From: Guillardia theta CCMP2712
Taxonomy: Eukaryota; Protista; Cryptophyta
Direction of reading: 5' to 3'
Assembly (NCBI RefSeq): GCF_000315625.1
Contig: NW_005434646.1
Coordinates: forward strand, 542,966 to 606,965
DNA length: 64,000 bases
A program made the position numbers and the translations under genes. Shown piece after piece: positions 39,001 to 54,000 of this stretch. The notes beneath the pieces are model-generated. The model worked only from the letters and a program-made list of their open reading frames with translations. It was not told the DNA's origin and did no database searches. The stretch's first letter is position 1, and every line of letters begins with the position of its first letter.

Positions 39001-42000
39001 TGTTTTCATTTTCTAAACATGTTCCATTCAAAACTTTTTGGAGTCGAGCTCCAGATATTATGATACCTCCGTGTTGGTCAATGTTCGTTGAATAAACAAA
39101 CTCATCTGTATCATTTCCAAATGTTTTTACCCACAGAAACTGTCCACTGGAAGAGAATTTGATCAAGAAACCATCATAGCCACCATTGGAGACTTCTCCA
39201 AGAAATGACGCTGATCCATTTGACATACCAAACGAACCACCGACAAAAATATTTCCTATTCCATCACAAGCTACTGAAGAGACAGCCTCACTCACCGAGC
39301 CAAAGTCAGCTAATCTTTGAAACGATCCAGTTGAATCAAAAGACATCACAAAACAAAATCGATCCACACAAGAACCATCCATGCAGTTCAGGCTACTTAG
39401 ACAGCCGGTAACAATGCATCCTCCAGCACCGTCGCTTGCTACTGCTCTGATGCTTTCATCCCCTCTCACGCTTACGTTCCTGCCCCAGTCTAAGCTTCCG
39501 TTCCCGCTGTACTTATACACCCATGAGCCTCCACCCGCCCCCCGCCAAGATACAAACACGTGATCCTGCCCCCCAGCAAGCCCCAGCCGGCTCCCAGCCA
39601 TCATCTCTCCCAGGTCCCTTGACCACATGCTACCTCCTGTCGAGGCCGCGAGACTCCATACCCTGGACCCTGTCTCCCACCGCATGCCTACGTACACACT
39701 CCCCGCCTCGTCTACTCCGATCCCCTCCGCCATGGTGCTTCCTTCGCCTCCTGCTACTTCCCTTCTCCACACTTCGGTCCCGTCCACCCTGTGCTTGGTT
39801 ACGTAGACCTCGTATCCCCCCTGACCTCCCTGGCCCCCGCTATTGTTCCACACGCTCACGCTGACATACAGGCTGTCGTCCCGTCCATGCGCTACCCCGC
39901 CTATCAGACTGGCCGCCCCTCCGACCAGCTCCTGCGTCCAGCTCGGCATCCCGACGTCAGGATCGGCGCACGCCTCGAGCCCCTCTACTGCATACGCTCG
40001 CCCTCTCGCATAGTCCACGACTGCGCCTGGGCTACAGATGTACCCGGGCGGACATGGCTTGCAGCTCGTCTGCATCGCTTCCTGGTTGTACGTCCCGGGC
40101 TCGCATGGAGCGGGTAGAGAGTCTCCGCCTGCACAGTAGGTCCCTGGAGGACAAGGCGAGGGTGCCTCGGACCCTGCTATGCAGTAGTGCCCCGCTGGAC
40201 ACGGTATTACTCTCCGCCGCCCTGAGGGCGACTCCGCGTCGACGAGCGTCGACGAGTCATTCGCCCCTGCCTCGCAGAATATCCCCGCTATGCACTCCCC
40301 CGTGCTCTGTGTAATACCTACTGAGGCGCAGTACCGACCCGCCGGACACAGGCGGCACTCAGACTCTGCCTCGAGTCCGAGCGAGCTGCTGTATGTGCCG
40401 ATGGGACACGGAGTAGGCGACGAGCAGTTCGACTCGCAGTAGTATCCTGCTGGACATACCGTCGGTTGGATGGTCCCTGGCTGTACGCATGCTTTCCCGC
40501 TCGGGCACCCCTGGCAAGCGGCCAGCCCTGGTGAAGGCCCGTACGTCCCGGGGCTGCAAGGATGTGCAACGCTGGTTCCAGAAGGGCAGTAGGACCCCGA
40601 CGGACATAGGACAGTGCCGTCTGGTCCGGAGGCTGAGAGCATACCGGGACAGAAGTATCCAGGCTTACACACCTTGCAGGCGCTCTGGCCTACTTGATCT
40701 TGGTAGTAACCTGCATGACACGGCTCTGGGTCTATGCGAGTTCTCAGGACACGCATGTCCAACATAGCACTCATTTTTACGTGGATTAATCGTTCCAGAT
40801 GGACAGTAGAATCCTGCTGGGCAAGTTTGTGGTATGCTAGTGTTCTCTGTAGGACAGAAGTATCCTGCCGAGCAGCTTTGGCAATCATTTACAGTTTGGC
40901 TCAGCACAACCCCAGAAAATGTTCCTGGCGGACAACTGGTTGGTTGTACAGTTCCGACCGGACAGTAGAATCCCGGTGGGCAGGGACCGAAGCCTGAAAT
41001 TGTTCCGTTCGGCCGTGCTTCGAATCCTCCCGATAATGAGCAATAGTAACCAGCGCCGCTGTACCACAGTACATTCCTGCTGGGCAATCTGTGGGCTCCC
41101 ACGAGCCCGTAGGGCATATGGAGCCCAAGGGACACTCCCCGCCGCAAGTCCCATTGGGCATGACTCTTGCTATATCTTGGTTGCACTCTCCGCTCTGACA
41201 TACCCGAGACCGTGGATCGCATGATAGCGCTCGCTCGTCCGCAGACCCTCCGGTACAGTACCATCCTGCTTTACAAGGCCCGCTTGGAGCCGTGAGCCCT
41301 GTATCGTTGCAGTACATCCCAGCAGGACAGCTCGTGCACTGCGACACATTTGCAAGCCCCTCCTGCCCTCCGTACGTGCCCCGCGGACACCGTCCGGCCT
41401 CAAGGTTCTCCATGCCTTCCGGACAGTAGTGCCCCAAGGGACATACGAGGCTGCCAATGTCTCCTACTCCCCTGCAGTCTGCTGACGACGAGAAAGCTGA
41501 CACCTGGACTCCCTGTCCTTGGTTGCTCGTGTTGAGTACGACAGCTACCTCTAGCCCGCTGCTCCCCTCGGCTATGATCCCTCCCAATCCGCCCATGCGC
41601 TCCCCTGCTACGACCCTCGTCCACCCCCGCTCGCCGTAAGCGTTCAGCTTCATAACGAAAGCGCTGTAGCTCCCTGCCTGTATGCTCCCTTGCTCTGCTG
41701 GCATGTCCGTGTACCCCAGGAGGTATATGCCCCCGTACGCGTCTGTGCTCACCGACTCCCCTTCCTCGTTCCACTCCGACCCCACCACGGCCCTCCATCG
41801 CTCCTTGCCTTCTGCAGAAACCACGGCAAGAAAAGCGTCCCTCTGCTCAAGCGCTCCTGTCCACTCCGCTCCTACAAGCCTGACCCGCGATGCTGATATG
41901 AAGTCACTGCCTGTACCGCTGCTCCCTTCTCCGGTCCCGACCGATCCTGTATACCCTACCACTATTGTCCTCCCCAGCCTGTCTGTTGTCACTCCTCTGG

Positions 42001-45000
42001 CGACCTGCTCTCCTGCCCACTGCAGTACCTCCGTCCAATCAATGGACCCCGTCTTGTTGACATGGTAGACATAGACATCCCGCTCCTGTGCAGCTCCCGC
42101 AGACCCGTTGTACACTTCGCCTACTACGACTGCTCCTCCAGCACCGTCGCTTGCTACTGCTCTGATGCTTTCATCCCCTCTCACGCTTACGTTCCTGCCC
42201 CAGGCTAAGCTTCCGTTCCCGCTGTACTTATACAGCCATGAGCCTCCACCCGCCCCCCGCCAAGATACAAACACGTGATCCTGCCCCCCAGCAAGCCCCA
42301 GCCGGCTCCCAGCCATCATCTCTCCCAGGTCCCTTGACCACATGCTACCTCCTGTCGAGGCCGCGAGACTCGATACCCTGGACCCTGTCTCCCACCGCAT
42401 GCCTACGTACACACTCCCCGCCTCGTCTACTCCGATCCCCTCCGCCATGGTGCTTCCTTCGCCTCCTGCTACTTCCCTTCTCCACACTTCGGTCCCGTCC
42501 ACCCTGTGCTTGGTTACGTAGACCTCGTATCCCCCCTGACCTCCCTGGCCCCCGCTATTGTTCCACACGCTCACGCTGACATACAGGCTGTCGTCCCGTC
42601 CATGCGCTACCCCGCCTATCAGACTGGCCGCCCCTCCGACCAGCTCCTGCGTCCAGCTCGGCATCCCGACGTCAGGATCGGCGCACGCCTCGAGCCCCTC
42701 TACTGCATACGCTCGCCCTCTCGCATAGTCCACGACTGCGCCTGGGCTACAGATGTACCCGGGCGGACATGGCTTGCAGCTCGTCTGCATCGCTTCCTGG
42801 TTGTACGTCCCGGGCTCGCATGGAGCGGGTAGAGAGTCTCCGCCTGCACAGTAGGTCCCTGGAGGACAAGGCGAGGGTGCCTCGGACCCTGCTATGCAGT
42901 AGTGCCCCGCTGGACACGGTATTACTCTCCGCCGCCCTGAGGGCGACTCCGCGTCGACAAGCGTCGACGAGTCATTCGCCCCTGCCTCGCAGAATATCCC
43001 CGCTATGCACTCCCCCGTGCTCTGTGTAATACCTACTGAGGCGCAGTACCGACCCGCCGGACACAGGCGGCACTCAGACTCTGCCTCGAGTCCGAGCGAG
43101 CTGCTGTATGTGCCGATGGGACACGGAGTAGGCGACGAGCAGTTCGACTCGCAGTAGTATCCTGCTGGACATACCGTCGGTTGGATGGTCCCTGGCTGTA
43201 CGCATGCTTTCCCGCTCGGGCACCCCTGGCAAGCGGCCAGCCCTGGTGAAGGCCCGTACGTCCCGGGGCTGCAAGGATGTGCAACGCTGGTTCCAGAAGG
43301 GCAGTAGGACCCCGACGGACATAGGACAGTGCCGTCTGGTCCGGAGGCTGAGAGCGTACCGGGACAGAAGTATCCAGGCTTACACACCTTGCAGGCGCTC
43401 TGGCCTACTTGATCTTGGTAGTAACCTGCACTGCATGGTTTGGGATAAAACCGACCTGCGGGACATTCACTGCCAATCGGACACTCATTTTTACGTGGAT
43501 TAATCGTTCCAGATGGACAGTAGAATCCTGCTGGGCAAGTTTGTGGTATGCTAGTGTTCTCTGTAGGACAGAAGTATCCTGCCGAGCAGCTTTGGCAATC
43601 ATTTACAGTTTGGCTCAGCACAACCCCAGAAAATGTTCCTGGCGGACAACTGGTTGGTTGTACAGTTCCGACCGGACAGTAGAATCCCGGTGGGCAGGGA
43701 CCGAAGCCTGAAATTGTTCCGTTCGGCCGTGCTTCGAATCCTCCCGATAATGAGCAATAGTAACCAGCGTCACAGCCACCCGAGACAGCTGCAAGGCCAT
43801 CCATGTTACAATACGATCCAGCCAAGCAAGGAAGTGGATATGATGAGCCCACTGGACAAAAGAACCCAACCTTACATTGACCTCCACAAAGACCATTGAT
43901 CTCATTTGACAACGAAGAAAACAGTCGTTGTCCGCATGATAGCGCTCGCTCGTCCGCAGACCCTCCGGTACAGTACCATCCTGCTTTACAAGGCCCGCTT
44001 GGAGCCGTGAGCCCTGTATCGTTGCAGTACATCCCAGCAGGACAGCTCGTGCACTGCGACACATTTGCAAGCCCCTCCTGCCCTCCGTACGTGCCCCGCG
44101 GACACCGTCCGGCCTCAAGGTTCTCCATGCCTTCCGGACAGTAGTGCCCCAAGGGACATACGAGGCTGCCAATGTCTCCTACTCCCCTGCAGTCTGCTGA
44201 CGACGAGAAAGCTGACACCTGGACTCCCTGTCCTTGGTTGCTCGTGTTGAGTACGACAGCTACCTCCAGCCCGCTGCTCCCCTCGGCTATGATCCCTCCC
44301 AATCCGCCCATGCGCTCCCCTGCTACGACCCTCGTCCACCCCCGCTCTCCGTAAGCGTTCAGCTTCATAACGAAAGCGCTGTAGCTCCCTGCCTGTATGC
44401 TCCCTTGCTCTGCTGGCATGTCCGTGTACCCCAGGAGGTATATGCCCCCGTACGCGTCTGTGCTCACCGACTCCCCTTCCTCGTTCCACTCCGACCCCAC
44501 CACGGCCCTCCATCGCTCCTTGCCTTCTGCAGAAAACCACGGCAAGAAAAGCGTCCCTCTGCTCAAGCGCTCCTGTCCACTCCGCTCCTACAAGCCTGAC
44601 CCGCGATGCTGATATGAAGTCACTGCCTGTACCGCTGCTCCCTTCTCCGGTCCCGACCGATCCTGTATACCCTACCACTATTGTCCTCCCCAGCCTGTCT
44701 GTTGTCACTCCTCTGGCGACCTGCTCTCCTGCCCACTGCAGTACCTCCGTCCAATCAATGGACCCCGTCTTGTTGACATGGTAGACATAGACATCCCGCT
44801 CCTGTGCAGCTCCCGCAGACCCGTTGTACACTTCGCCTACTACGACTGCTCCTCCAGCACCGTCGCTTGCTACTGCTCTGATGCTTTCATCCCCTCTCAC
44901 GCTTACGCTCCTGCCCCAGGCTAAGCTTCCGTTCCCGCTGTACTTATACAGCCATGAGCCTCCACCCGCCCCCCGCCAAGATACAAACACGTGATCCTGC

Positions 45001-48000
45001 CCCCCAGCAAGCCCCAGCCGGCTCCCAGCCATCATCTCTCCCAGGTCCCTTGACCACATGCTACCTCCTGTCGAGGCCGCAAGACTCGATACCCTGGACC
45101 CTGTCTCCCACCGCATGCCTACGTACACACTCCCCGCCTCGTCTACTCCGATCCCCTCCGCCATGGTGCTTCCTTCGCCTCCTGCTACTTCCCTTCTCCA
45201 CACTTCGGTCCCGTCCACCCTGTGCTTGGTTACGTAGACCTCGTATCTCCCCTGACCTCCCTGGCCCCCGCTATTGTTCCACACGCTCACGCTGACATAC
45301 CGGCTGTCGTCCCGTCCATGCGCTACCCCGCCTATCAGACTGGCCGCCCCTCCGACCAGCTCCTGCGTCCAGCTCGGCATCCCGACGTCAGGATCGGCGC
45401 ACGCCTCGAGCCCCTCTACTGCATACGCTCGCCCTCTCGCATAGTCCACGACTGCGCCTGGGCTACAGATGTACCCGGGCGGACATGGCTTGCAGCTCGT
45501 CTGCATCGCTTCCTGGTTGTACGTCCCGGGCTCGCATGGAGCGGGTAGAGAGTCTCCGCCTGCACAGTAGGTCCCTGGAGGACAAGGCGAGGGTGCCTCG
45601 GACCCTGCTATGCAGTAGTGCCCCGCTGGACACGGTATGACTCTCCGCCGCCCTGAGGGCGACTCCACGTCGACAAGCGTCGACGAGTCATTCGCCCCTG
45701 CCTCGCAGAATATCCCCGCTATGCACTCCCCCGTGCTCTGTGTAATACCTACTGAGGCGCAGTACCGACCCGCCGGACACAGGCGGCACTCAGACTCTGC
45801 CTCGAGTCCGAGCGAGCTGCTGTATGTGCCGATGGGACACGGAGTAGGCGACGAGCAGTTCGACTCGCAGTAGTATCCTGCTGGACATACCGTCGGTTGG
45901 ATGGTCGCAATGTCGCTGCATACAAATCCAGCTGGACAATCCAAGCAATTTGTTTGGCCTGATTGGTCTGTGTACGTCCCCGCTCTGCATGGCTTTGGTT
46001 CTATTGTCTGTGTTTCACAATAAAATCCTGCTGGGCAAGGTATTAATCTATTTTCAGACGTCCATTGGGATGTGTTTGGAGGGCAGTAATACCGTTCAGG
46101 GCACTCTTTACAGGCGCTCTGGCCTACTTGATCTTGGTATTGTCCCAAACAACAAGCGGTAGGAATTGCATTTCGACCATCGCAGAAGTGACCCACAGGA
46201 CAAATGAAAGCAAGGTCGAATCCCACCGACATGCCTAAAGGACAGTAATATCCGTAAGGACAGGTAAAATTAGTTCCAAACGTCAGAGCTTCTTCAGGAC
46301 AAAAGTATCCTGCTGGGCAAGCTTCACAATCGCTGACATTTCTGTTTCCAACAGTCCCTGAGAACGTCCCCCGAGGACAGCTTATAGGCTGCAAGGTCCC
46401 GGCTGGACAGTAGTGCCCTTGCGGACATGGTCCCCGACCCCTGAGGCCCTCCCAGGGCCTTGGCGTACTGCCCCCAAGCCCGCCCAAAGCACCTTGGCAG
46501 TAGTACCCTGCATCGCAAGGTCCTGTCGGCAGGTGTCGCAGCCCCGCTGTACCACAGTACATTCCTGCTGGGCAATCTGTGGGCTCCCACGAGCCCGTAG
46601 GGCATATGGAGCCCAAGGGACACTCCCCGCCGCAAGTCCCATTGGGCATGACTCTTGCTATATCTTGGTTGCACTCTCCGCTCTGACATACCCGAGACCG
46701 TGGATCGCACGATAGCGCTCGCTCGTCCGCAGACCCTCCGGTACAGTACCATCCTGCTTTACAAGGCCCGCTTGGAGCCGTGAGCCCTGTATCGTTGCAG
46801 TACATCCCAGCAGGACAGCTCGTGCACTGCGACACATTTGCAAGCCCCTCCTGCCCTCCGTACGTGCCCCGCGGACACCGTCCGGCCTCAAGGTTCTCCA
46901 TGCCTTCCGGACAGTAGTGCCCCAAGGGACATACGAGGCTGCCAATGTCTCCTACTCCCCTGCAGTCTGCTGACGACGAGAAAGCTGACACCTGGACTCC
47001 CTGTCCTTGGTTGCTCGTGTTGAGTACGACAGCTACCTCCAGCCCGCTGCTCCCCTCGGCTATGATCCCTCCCAATCCGCCCATGCGCTCCCCTGCTACG
47101 ACCCTCGTCCACCCCCGCTCGCCGTAAGCGTTCAGCTTCATAACGAAAGCGCTGTAGCTCCCTGCCTGTATGCTCCCTTGCTCTGCTGGCATGTCCGTGT
47201 ACCCCAGGAGGTATATGCCCCCGTACGCGTCTGTGCTCACCGACTCCCCTTCCTCGTTCCACTCCGACCCCACCACGGCCCTCCATCGCTCCTTGCCTTC
47301 TGCAGAAACCACGGCAAGAAAAGCGTCCCTCTGCTCAAGCGCTCCTGTCCACTCCGCTCCTACAAGCCTGACCCGCGATGCTGATATGAAGTCACTGCCT
47401 GTACCGCTGCTCCCTTCTCCGGTCCCGACCGATCCTGTATACCCTACCACTATTGTCCTCCCCAGCCTGTCTGTTGTCACTCCTCTGGCGACCTGCTCTC
47501 CTGCCCACTGCAGTACCTCCGTCCAATCAATGGACCCCGTCTTGTTGACATGGTAGACATAGACATCCCGCTCCTGTGCAGCTCCCGCAGACCCGTTGTA
47601 CACTTCGCCTACTACGACTGCTCCTCCAGCACCGTCGCTTGCTACTGCTCTGATGCTTTCATCCCCTCTCACGCTTACGTTCCTGCCCCAGGCTAAGCTT
47701 CCGTTCCCGCTGTACTTATACAGCCATGAGCCTCCACCCGCCCCCCGCCAAGATACAAACACGTGATCCTGCCCCCCAGCAAGCCCCAGCCGGCTCCCAG
47801 CCATCATCTCTCCCAGGTCCCTTGACCACATGCTACCTCCTGTCGAGGCCGCGAGACTCGATACCCTGGACCCTGTCTCCCACCGCATGCCTACGTACAC
47901 ACTCCCCGCCTCGTCTACTCCGATCCCCTCCGCCATGGTGCTTCCTTCGCCTCCTGCTACTTCCCTTCTCCACACTTCGGTCCCGTCCACCCTGTGCTTG

Positions 48001-51000
48001 GTTACGTAGACCTCGTATCCCCCCTGACCTCCCTGGCCCCCGCTATTGTTCCACACGCTCACGCTGACATACAGGCTGTCGTCCCGTCCATGCGCTACCC
48101 CGCCTATCAGACTGGCCGCCCCTCCGACCAGCTCCTGCGTCCAGCTCGGCATCCCGACGTCAGGATCGGCGCACGCCTCGAGCCCCTCTACTGCATACGC
48201 TCGCCCTCTCGCATAGTCCACGACTGCGCCTGGGCTACAGATGTACCCGGGCGGACATGGCTTGCAGCTCGTCTGCATCGCTTCCTGGTTGTACGTCCCG
48301 GGCTCGCACGGAGCGGGTAGATAGTCTCCGCCTGCACAGTAGGTCCCTGGAGGACAAGGCGAGGGTGCCTCGGACCCTGCTATGCAGTAGTGCCCCGCTG
48401 GACACGGTATGACTCTCCGCCGCCCTGAGGGCGACTCCGCGTCGACGAGCGTCGACGAGTCATTCGCCCCTGCCTCGCAGAATATCCCCGCTATGCACTC
48501 CCCCGTGCTCTGTGTAATACCTACTGAGGCGCAGTACCGACCCGCCGGACACAGGCGGCACTCAGACTCTGCCTCGAGTCCGAGCGAGCTGCTGTATGTG
48601 CCGATGGGACACGGAGTAGGCGACGAGCAGTTCGACTCGCAGTAGTATCCTGCTGGACATACCGTCGGCGTGATGGTCCCTGGCTGTACGCATGCTTTCC
48701 CGCTCGGGCACCCCTGGCAAGCGGCCAGCCCTGGTGAAGGCCCGTACGTCCCGGGGCTGCAAGGATGTGCAACGCTGGTTCCAGAAGGGCAGTAGGACCC
48801 CGACGGACATAGGACAGTGCCGTCTGGTCCGGAGGCTGAGAGCGTACCGGGACAGAAGTATCCAGGCTTACACACCTTGCAGGCGCTCTGGCCTACTTGA
48901 TCTTGGTAGTAACCTGCATGACACGGCTCTGGGTCTATGGAGTTCTCAGGACACGCATGTCCAACATAGCAAGCTTTAGATTGTGGGTTTGGAACTATCT
49001 CTCCAAAGCCGCAGAAATATCCCGCCTGGCAATAAACAAGGTCAACATATCGCATCGACGCATTCGGGCAGAAGTATCCTGCTGGGCAAGCTTCACAATC
49101 GCTGACATTTCTGTTTCCAACAGTCCCTGAGAACGTCCCCCGAGGACAGCTTATAGGCTGCAAGGTCCCGGCTGGACAGTAGTGCCCTTGCGGACATGGT
49201 CCCCGACCCCTGAGGCCCTCCCAGGGCCTTGGCGTACTGCCCCCAAGCCCGCCCAAAGCACCTTGGCAGTAGTACCCTGCATCGCAAGGTCCTGTCGGCA
49301 GGTGTCGCAGCCCCGCTGTACCACAGTACATTCCTGCTGGGCAATCTGTGGGCTCCCACGAGCCCGTAGGGCATATGGAGCCCAAGGGACACTCCCCGCC
49401 GCAAGTCCCATTGGGCATGACTCTTGCTATATCTTGGTTGCACTCTCCGCTCTGACATACCCGAGACCGTGGATCGCACGATAGCGCTCGCTCGTCCGCA
49501 GACCCTCCGGTACAGTACCATCCTGCTTTACAAGGCCCGCTTGGAGCCGTGAGCCCTGTATCGTTGCAGTACATCCCAGCAGGACAGCTCGTGCACTGCG
49601 ACACATTTGCAAGCCCCTCCTGCCCTCCGTACGTGCCCCGCGGACACCGTCCGGCCTCAAGGTTCTCCATGCCTTCCGGACAGTAGTGCCCCAAGGGACA
49701 TACGAGGCTGCCAATGTCTCCTACTCCCCTGCAGTCTGCTGACGACGAGAAAGCTGACACCTGGACTCCCTGTCCTTGGTTGCTCGTGTTGAGTACGACA
49801 GCTACCTCCAGCCCGCTGCTCCCCTCGGCTATGATCCCTCCCAATCCGCCCATGCGCTCCCCTGCTACGACCCTCGTCCACCCCCGCTCGCCGTAAGCGT
49901 TCAGCTTCATAACGAAAGCGCTGTAGCTCCCTGCCTGTATGCTCCCTTGCTCTGCTGGCATGTCCGTGTACCCCAGGAGGTATATGCCCCCGTACGCGTC
50001 TGTGCTCACCGACTCCCCTTCCTCGTTCCACTCCGACCCCACCACGGCCCTCCATCGCTCCTTGCCTTCTGCAGAAACCACGGCAAGAAAAGCGTCCCTC
50101 TGCTCAAGCGCTCCTGTCCACTCCGCTCCTACAAGCCTGACCCGCGATGCTGATATGAAGTCACTGCCTGTACCGCTGCTCCCTTCTCCGGTCCCGACCG
50201 ATCCTGTATACCCTACCACTATTGTCCTCCCCAGCCTGTCTGTTGTCACTCCTCTGGCGACCTGCTCTCCTGCCCACTGCAGTACCTCCGTCCAATCAAT
50301 GGAAAGATCTGGGAGTATGCGACCCGAAGACANNNNNNNNNNNNNNNNNNNNNNNNNNNNNNNNNNNNNNNNNNNNNNNNNNNNNNNNNNNNNNNNNNNN
50401 NNNNNNNNNNNNNNNNNNNNNNNNNNNNNNNNCTTCGCCTACTTACGACTGGCTCCTCCAGCACCGTCGCTTGCTACTGCTCTGATGCTTTCATCCCCTC
50501 TCACGCTTACGTTCCTGCCCCAGGCTAAGCTTCCGTTCCCGCTGTACTTATACACCCATGAGCCTCCACCCGCCCCCCGCCAAGATACAAACACGTGATC
50601 CTGCCCCCCAGCAAGCCCCAGCCGGCTCCCAGCCATCATCTCTCCCAGGTCCCTTGACCACTCTTCATGTCGAGGCCGCAAGACTCGATACCCTGGACCC
50701 TGTCTCCCACCGCATGCCTACGTACACACTCCCCGCCTCGTCTACTCCGATCCCCTCCGCCATGGTGCTTCCTTCGCCTCCTGCTACTTCCCTTCTCCAC
50801 ACTTCGGTCCCGTCCACCCTGTGCTTGGTTACGTAGACCTCGTATCCCCCCTGACCTCCCTGGCCCCCGCTATTGTTCCACACGCTCACGCTGACATACC
50901 GGCTGTCGTCCCGTCCATGCGCTACCCCGCCTATCAGACTGGCCGCCCCTCCGACCAGCTCCTGCGTCCAGCTCGGCATCCCGACGTCAGGATCGGCGCA

Positions 51001-54000
51001 CGCCTCGAGCCCCTCTACTGCATACGCTCGCCCTCTCGCATAGTCCACGACTGCGCCTGGGCTACAGATGTACCCGGGCGGACATGGCTTGCAGCTCGTC
51101 TGCATCGCTTCCTGGTTGTACGTCCCGGGCTCGCACGGAGCGGGTAGATAGTCTCCGCCTGCACAGTAGGTCCCTGGAGGACAAGGCGAGGGTGCCTCGG
51201 ACCCTGCTATGCAGTAGTGCCCCGCTGGACACGGTATGACTCTCCGCCGCCCTGAGGGCGACTCCGCGTCGACGAGCGTCGACGAGTCATTCGCCCCTGC
51301 CTCGCAGAATATCCCCGCTATGCACTCCCCCGTGCTCTGTGTAATACCTACTGAGGCGCAGTACCGACCCGCCGGACACAGGCGGCACTCAGACTCTGCC
51401 TCGAGTCCGAGCGAGCTGCTGTATGTGCCGATGGGACACGGAGTAGGCGACGAGCAGTTCGACTCGCAGTAGTGTCCTGCTGGACATACCGTCGGTTGGA
51501 TGGTCCCTGGCTGTACGCATGCTTTCCCGCTCGGGCACCCCTGGCAAGCGGCCAGCCCTGGTGAAGGCCCGTACGTCCCGGGGCTGCAAGGATGTGCAAC
51601 GCTGGTTCCAGAAGGGCAGTAGGACCCCGACGGACATAGGACAGTGCCGTCTGGTCCGGAGGCTGAGAGCGTACCGGGACAGAAGTATCCAGGCTTACAC
51701 ACCTTGCAGGCGCTCTGGCCTACTTGATCTTGGTAGTAACCTGCACTGCATGGTTTGGGATAAAACCGACCTGCGGGACATTCATTGCCAATTGGACACA
51801 TTGTGGTGTTGGGATACTGGACGTCAGTGTTTTCAAGGCAGAAGAATCCAGCTTCACAAGCTTTTGGTGTTGTTAGGTTGAATTCGTCACAGTAGTAGCC
51901 TGGTGGGCAGTTGTAGCAATCGTCAATTTTCGTCAGTTTCGTCTTGTTTGAAAACGTTCCTATCGGACAGGGTTTGGGAGCTACAGTTGCTGCTGGACAA
52001 TAAAAACCAATTGGACAAGGTCCAAATCCTTGAGTGGAACCATCAGGAGCACGGAACGAGCCTCCAGGAAGTGAACAGTAATAACCAGCATCGCAAGGTC
52101 CTGATATTCGCGTATTGGGAACACAATAATATCCAGCTTGACAAGCTTGTTCTGCTTGTGTCCCAGCAGGACAATACATTCCAGTTGAGCAAATTCCTCC
52201 ACAAGAAATAGGAAATTCTTGATAGTGAAAATACGTGCAATTCAGATCTGCGCAAAAATACATTCTGTTATCACAACTAAGCGCGAACTGATCCGCAGAA
52301 CCAAGCGAACAAAAATATCCTTCTGAACAAAGACCAGAAGGACCATCGAGACCAGTATCGTTGCAGTACATCCCAGCAGGACAGCTCGTGCACTGCGACA
52401 CATTTGCAAGCCCCTCCTGCCCTCCGTACGTGCCCCGCGGACACCGTCCGGCCTCAAGGTTCTCCATGCCTTCCGGACAGTAGTGCCCCAAGGGACATAC
52501 GAGGCTGCCAATGTCTCCTACTCCCCTGCAGTCTGCTGACGACGAGAAAGCTGACACCTGGACTCCCTGTCCTTGGTTGCTCGTGTTGAGTACGACAGCT
52601 ACCTCCAGCCCGCTGCTCCCCTCGGCTATGATCCCTCCCAATCCGCCCATGCGCTCCCCTGCTACGACCCTCGTCCACCCCCGCTCTCCGTAAGCGTTCA
52701 GCTTCATAACGAAAGCGCTGTAGCTCCCTGCCTGTATGCTCCCTTGCTCTGCTGGCATGTCCGTGTACCCCAGGAGGTATATGCCCCCGTACGCGTCTGT
52801 GCTCACCGACTCCCCTTCCTCGTTCCACTCCGACCCCACCACGGCCCTCCATCGCTCCTTGCCTTCTGCAGAAACCACGGCAAGAAAAGCGTCCCTCTGC
52901 TCAAGCGCTCCTGTCCACTCCGCTCCTACAAGCCTGACCCGCGATGCTGATATGAAGTCACTGCCTGTACCGCTGCTCCCTTCTCCGGTCCCGACCGATC
53001 CTGTATACCCTACCACTATTGTCCTCCCCAGCCTGTCTGTTGTCACTCCTCTGGCGACCTGCTCTCCTGCCCACTGCAGTACCTCCGTCCAATCAATGGA
53101 CCCCGTCTTGTTGACATGGTAGACATAGACATCCCGCTCCTGTGCAGCTCCCGCAGACCCGTTGTACACTTCGCCTACTACGACTGCTCCTCCAGCACCG
53201 TCGCTTGCTACTGCTCTGATGCTTTCATCCCCTCTCACGCTTACGTTCCTGCCCCAGGCTAAGCTTCCGTTCCCGCTGTACTTATACACCCATGAGCCTC
53301 CACCCGCCCCCCGCCAAGATACAAACACGTGATCCTGCCCCCCAGCAAGCCCCAGCCGGCTCCCAGCCATCATCTCTCCCAGGTCCCTTGACCACTCTTC
53401 ATGTCCGCAACTGTCTAGCTTCCATACCCTGGACCCTGTCTCCCACCGCATGCCTACGTACACACTCCCCGCCTCGTCTACTCCGATCCCCTCCGCCATG
53501 GTGCTTCCTTCGCCTCCTGCTACTTCCCTTCTCCACACTTCGGTCCCGTCCACCCTGTGCTTGGTTACGTAGACCTCGTATCTCCCCTGACCTCCCTGGC
53601 CCCCGCTATTGTTCCACACGCTCACGCTGACATACAGGCTGTCGTCCCGTCCATGCGCTACCCCGCCTATCAGACTGGCCGCCCCTCCGACCAGCTCCTG
53701 CGTCCAGCTCGGCATCCCGACGTCAGGATCGGCGCACGCCTCGAGCCCCTCTACTGCATACGCTCGCCCTCTCGCATAGTCCACGACTGCGCCTGGGCTA
53801 CAGATGTACCCGGGCGGACATGGCTTGCAGCTCGTCTGCATCGCTTCCTGGTTGTACGTCCCGGGCTCGCACGGAGCGGGTAGAGAGTCTCCGCCTGCAC
53901 AGTAGGTCCCTGGAGGACAAGGCGAGGGTGCCTCGGACCCTGCTATGCAGTAGTGCCCCGCTGGACACGGTATGACTCTCCGCCGCCCTGAGGGCGACTC

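Noticed and set aside
44115-44566. Programmed ribosomal frameshift at the ORF overlap
   Set aside because: Sister cassettes lack the extra A and read through, so a single-copy indel or sequencing error is simpler.
39523-53883. Recurrent plus-strand ORFs of 60-130 aa
   Set aside because: Antisense shadows of the repeated GC-rich cassette; useful only as period markers.
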